Of a stretch of DNA of 20,209 bases, positions 17,124 to 20,209 are shown in pieces. The stretch comes from a virus. Taxonomy: Duplodnaviria; Heunggongvirae; Uroviricota; Caudoviricetes. The notes under the pieces are model-generated. The model made no database searches. It was given only the letters and a program-made list of their open reading frames with translations, and was not told the origin of the DNA. The first letter of the stretch is position 1. The number at the start of each line of letters is the position of its first letter. The position numbers and the translations under genes are program-made. The stretch is from IMG/VR virus record IMGVR_UViG_2671181012_000014, positions 1-20,209 of that record; one strand, 5' to 3'.

Positions 17124-17624
17124 TTAATGCAGATATTGCTCTGGTTTTACCGACGTCAGAATTGTCGGTGCATACTCAAACAGGCTGAATAATTCACGTA
17201 ATGCACGGAATAAAGCATCACGCCAGTAACATGATTCTTCATTAATTCGCCAGTATGGCTGGTTGAATTCTTTTTCAGTCAATCCGGCATGCATAAATAA
17301 AGTACGACGCTGACTGACTGTTAAAAAACTAATATATGCATACTCACTTGCGCCAACCTGACGGCGTTTTGAGAATGCCCCACGCAATTCATCAATTGCA
17401 CAAACCAGCCGTTCACGTTCGACGTCGTTCATTTCTTCAAAACGCATCGTTGCGTGACGCTGTTTTAACTGCGCATGGAAGCAAACCGTTAGCCGTTCGC
17501 GTTCCATCATCTGATTATAATAATCACATGTATCCTGCCAGCGAGGGACGGCCAGATGCTTGCCAATTATCCGGCGCATAGCTGCTGGCTGTTTTTCAAC
17601 GAGATTGAGCGTCATCACTGTCAT
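17124..17624 (-). CDS. B: Replication protein gpB (helicase-loader-like)
   Basis: 166-aa ORF (MTVMTLNLVEKQPAAMRRIIGKHLAVPRWQDTCDYY...), size and position of P2 gpB downstream of cox/orf78. Confidence 0.8.
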   Translation of the reverse strand: MTVMTLNLVEKQPAAMRRIIGKHLAVPRWQDTCDYYNQMMERERLTVCFHAQLKQRHATMRFEEMNDVERERLVCAIDELRGAFSKRRQVGASEYAYISFLTVSQRRTLFMHAGLTEKEFNQPYWRINEESCYWRDALFRALRELFSLFEYAPTILTSVKPEQYLH

Positions 17625-17791
17625 TTCCAGACCCTCCGGCTTTTCAGAAAGGTCAGAGCCTTTTTTAACGGACTCTGTTTTTTGGTGCGGATAATGATTC
17701 CCTTACGCCCCTTACCATGGGTGATGGTGAAGTCAATCGCCCTGGGGCTTTCGTTACGCAATAACTGAGCAATACAACGAGGCTCATTCAT
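17621..17791 (-). CDS. Small hypothetical protein (P2 orf78-like)
   Basis: ATG at 17791 preceded by AAGGAG 7 nt upstream; 56 aa (MNEPRCIAQLLRNESPRAIDF...). The ORF-track start at 17815 is GTG. Confidence 0.55.
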   Translation of the reverse strand: MNEPRCIAQLLRNESPRAIDFTITHGKGRKGIIIRTKKQSPLKKALTFLKSRRVWK

Positions 17792-17801
17792 ACGGTTCTC
17801 C

Positions 17802-18077
17802 TTAACGTGGTTCACCGAGACCTAACCACATCAACCAGCCGTCACGAATCTCTTTAGGACGGCTTTCATAAGCCAGTTTTAGTCCGTTATTCCATGCCGG
17901 AAGGTATACCCAATATTCACCAGCACGCCCCGATACTGACTGAGGGTCAGTAATCTCAATAACTGGTAATTTCCCTTTCTCAATCATGCCCCTTACAGCT
18001 CTTGGAGTTTTACCAATGAGTTTTGCAAACTCCTGATAAGGCACGGCATCAGTCACGCTTACAAGCTGTCTATTCAT
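17802..18077 (-). CDS. cox: Cox (excisionase / Pc repressor, directionality factor)
   Basis: 91-aa ORF (MNRQLVSVTDAVPYQEFAKLIGKTPRAVRGMIEKGKLPV...), first gene of the early operon, divergent from C; P2 Cox is 91 aa. Confidence 0.8.
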   Translation of the reverse strand: MNRQLVSVTDAVPYQEFAKLIGKTPRAVRGMIEKGKLPVIEITDPQSVSGRAGEYWVYLPAWNNGLKLAYESRPKEIRDGWLMWLGLGEPR

Positions 18078-18198
18078 CTGCTACGATTCTCCCTTAGTGC
18101 TTCTAATGGCTCCTAATGGCTAATTATTGCCTAAAAGGATAACTCCAGAAGCACAACATTTCACACCATCAGCAAGAAATTACGCAATCGGAGTAATT
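18078..18198. promoter_or_regulatory. Lysis-lysogeny switch region (Pe/Pc promoters, operators)
   Basis: 121-bp spacer between divergent cox and C; contains tandem 10-bp direct repeats TTCTAATGGC / TCCTAATGGC (18101-18120) followed by AT-rich TAATTATTGCCTAAAA, consistent with operator repeats flanking a -10 element. Confidence 0.6.
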
Positions 18199-18498
18199 AT
18201 GTCAATAGACGTTTCGGAGAAGTTGAAGCTAATCCGTGAATCTGAAAGGTTAAACCGTAAAGAATTCAGTGAATTAACTGGTGTAGCCTACAGCTCACTT
18301 TCGAGCTATGAGAGCCGGTCAAAAAACGCTGGAGTTGAAGCCATAATGAAGGTCTTACAACATCCTAGATTTACTAAATATACTTTGTGGTTCATGACTG
18401 ATCAGGTAGCTCCAGAAGCCGGGCAAATTGCGCCCGCTCTCGCACACTTTGGGCAAAACGAAACAACGTCGCCCCACTCCGGTCAAAAGACTGGTTAA
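18199..18498 (+). CDS. C: Immunity repressor C
   Basis: ATG at 18199 preceded by GGAGT; 99 aa (MSIDVSEKLKLIRESERLNRKEFSELTGVAYSSLSSYES...FTKYTLWFMTDQVAPE...), helix-turn-helix-like N-terminus; P2 C is 99 aa. The ORF-track start at 18127 is an extension. Confidence 0.8.
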   Translation: MSIDVSEKLKLIRESERLNRKEFSELTGVAYSSLSSYESRSKNAGVEAIMKVLQHPRFTKYTLWFMTDQVAPEAGQIAPALAHFGQNETTSPHSGQKTG

Positions 18499-18613
18499 CA
18501 ATTTATCGTGAATATATTCATCACAAGTGCCTACTATTGGTGGCTAAATTTCAGCCACCACGAAAAAAGCGATTAGTAGTAGCAAAAAAAAGTACCACTC
18601 GGAGGGTTTTCTG

Positions 18614-19627
18614 ATGGCAATCAAAAAACTCGATGATGGTCGATATGAAGTGGACATCCGCCCTACTGGACGTAATGGAAAACGCATCCGTAGGAAGTTT
18701 GATAAGAAAAGCGAAGCTGTCGCTTTCGAAAAATACACGTTGTACAACCACCACAATAAAGAATGGCTATCAAAACCAACAGACAAACGACGTCTGTCGG
18801 AACTGACACAGATCTGGTGGGATTTAAAGGGTAAACACGAAGAGCATGGGAAATCTAATCTTGGAAAAATTGAAATCTTCACAAAAATAACGAATGACCC
18901 ATGCGCATTTCAAATCACGAAATCCCTTATCAGCCAGTACTGCGCCACCCGAAGAAGTCAGGGTATTAAACCTTCGAGTATCAATCGTGATTTAACATGT
19001 ATTAGCGGCATGTTTACAGCCCTGATTGAAGCGGAGTTATTCTTTGGTGAGCACCCTATCAGAGGGACAAAGAGGCTTAAGGAGGAAAAACCAGAAACAG
19101 GCTATCTCACACAGGAAGAAATTGCCTTACTGCTTGCAGCACTTGACGGCGACAATAAAAAGATTGCGATTCTTTGCCTGAGTACAGGAGCACGTTGGGG
19201 AGAAGCAGCTCGTTTGAAAGCAGAAAATATCATCCATAACCGCGTCACGTTTGTTAAAACGAAAACAAACAAACCACGCACCGTCCCGATCTCAGAGGCT
19301 GTTGCCAAAATGATCGCGGATAACAAACGAGGTTTTTTATTCCCTGATGCTGATTACCCTCGCTTCAGACGAACAATGAAAGCAATAAAACCGGATTTGC
19401 CAACGGGGCAAGCCACACATGCACTAAGGCACAGCTTTGCCACTCATTTCATGATTAATGGAGGAAGTATTATCACGCTACAACGGATACTAGGTCACAC
19501 GCGGATTGAGCAAACTATGGTTTACGCTCATTTTGCGCCAGAGTACCTTCAGGACGCCATTTCTCTTAATCCGCTAAGAGGTGGTACTGAGGCCGAGAGT
19601 GTCCACACAGTGTCCACAGTAGAGTAA
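18614..19627 (+). CDS. int: Tyrosine integrase
   Basis: 337-aa ORF with GGAGGG Shine-Dalgarno; C-terminal catalytic signature HALRHSFATH ... LGHTRIEQTMVYAHF (R..HxxR..Y); P2 Int is 337 aa; adjacent to att core. Confidence 0.9.
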   Translation: MAIKKLDDGRYEVDIRPTGRNGKRIRRKFDKKSEAVAFEKYTLYNHHNKEWLSKPTDKRRLSELTQIWWDLKGKHEEHGKSNLGKIEIFTKITNDPCAFQITKSLISQYCATRRSQGIKPSSINRDLTCISGMFTALIEAELFFGEHPIRGTKRLKEEKPETGYLTQEEIALLLAALDGDNKKIAILCLSTGARWGEAARLKAENIIHNRVTFVKTKTNKPRTVPISEAVAKMIADNKRGFLFPDADYPRFRRTMKAIKPDLPTGQATHALRHSFATHFMINGGSIITLQRILGHTRIEQTMVYAHFAPEYLQDAISLNPLRGGTEAESVHTVSTVE

Positions 19628-19706
19628 CGTTTAAGGGCTTTCAGTGGTAATTTATGCCGCTCAAACCCGCATAGTACCGTTGAAAGCCCCTACTGGTGAC
19701 ACCCTA

Positions 19707-19733
19707 AATCTCCCTTACACGGGCTTATTTTTT
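19707..19733. other. Phage attachment core (attL of the integrated prophage)
   Basis: aatctcccttacacgggcttatttttt is the reverse complement of AAAAAATAAGCCCGTGTAAGGGAGATT, which I recall as the 27-bp P2 att core; located 80 bp downstream of int; the sequence to its right is AT-rich host-like DNA. Confidence 0.7.
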
Positions 19734-19891
19734 ATGCATAAGCCCTATCCCTGGTCACCGTCTTCCATTGACCACATCGATAGAATCTCCCTTCATAGCA
19801 CGATGCCTTTCACGTAACGTCATCGTGCTCGCACAGGTTCCGGCTAAGCACAACCAGAACGCGCATGTTTGACGCTTACCAAAAAATATTC

Positions 19892-20209
19892 TCACTCTCC
19901 ACATTTGAATGTCAGACGAGCGACGCCATGTAATCCTGCACCTTCTGTCTTCAGGTCAACTATCTGCATTTTTTTGCCCTGAGTAACACAGAAATGGGCT
20001 GCATCATTTTTTACTATATTTTCTGCACCAGATATTCTGCCCCTGGCTAAAGAAGCTTCGGCTTCGGTGTAGTATTGGTTATCGAGTTTACGCTGAATAT
20101 TACTTTTATATGCAAGACCAAATTTACCGATACTTGTCTCATCATTATGCACAGCACAACCAGACATAATAAAAATACTAATTAATGATATTGCAGCTAT
20201 CTTTTTCAT
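19892..20209 (-). CDS. yegR: Host small lipoprotein (possibly YegR-like), outside the prophage
   Basis: 105-aa ORF starting exactly at the window end: MKKIAAISLISIFIMSGCAVHN... has a signal peptide and lipobox (MSGC). The yegR assignment is from memory of the E. coli K-12 locus where a cryptic P2 remnant (ogrK/yegZ) abuts yegR; symbol confidence is lower than the CDS call. Confidence 0.55.
   Translation of the reverse strand: MKKIAAISLISIFIMSGCAVHNDETSIGKFGLAYKSNIQRKLDNQYYTEAEASLARGRISGAENIVKNDAAHFCVTQGKKMQIVDLKTEGAGLHGVARLTFKCGE

Noticed and set aside
18127-18198. N-terminal extension of repressor C (ORF-track start at 18127)
   Set aside because: It would place coding sequence across the switch region containing the operator repeats; the ATG at 18199 with a GGAGT RBS gives the expected 99-aa product.
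18544-18882. 112-aa and 67-aa - strand ORFs across the C-int spacer and 5' end of int
   Set aside because: Antisense to the integrase start and spacer; low-complexity translation; the int frame is strongly supported instead.
19734-19891. Possible tRNA or sRNA gene at the integration site
   Set aside because: P2-type att sites are not in tRNA genes, and I see no cloverleaf-compatible structure or conserved tRNA boxes here; only short inverted repeats, reported as a finding instead.
1-20209. CRISPR array or insertion sequence
   Set aside because: No regularly spaced direct repeats or terminal inverted repeats with a transposase ORF were seen anywhere in the window.

Overview
This window is the integrase-proximal ~20 kb of an integrated P2-like (Peduovirus-type) temperate phage in an enterobacterial chromosome; gene order and many protein sequences match coliphage P2 as I remember it. 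Left to right: the 5' part of tail-fibre gene H (runs off the window), baseplate genes I-J-W-V, tail completion S and R, the lysis cassette (embedded Rz1/Rz spanins, LysA, endolysin K, holin Y), X, and head genes L-M-N-O, all on the - strand. Then comes the divergent late-promoter region, terminase P and portal Q on the + strand, an intrinsic terminator and the internal cos site. Beyond cos lie a single low-GC cargo gene where P2 carries tin/old, replication gene A, four small ORFs (one a TraR/DksA-type zinc finger), B, an orf78-like ORF, cox, the cox/C switch region, repressor C, integrase, the 27-bp att core (attL) and a host lipoprotein gene. The main candidate for something new is the unrecognisable ~37% GC gene at 12908-13633, which sits in the cos-proximal hypervariable hotspot that carries anti-phage defence cargo in P2-like phages. 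I could not assign it to any family from sequence alone. All homology statements are from memory and by-eye reading; no searches were run.
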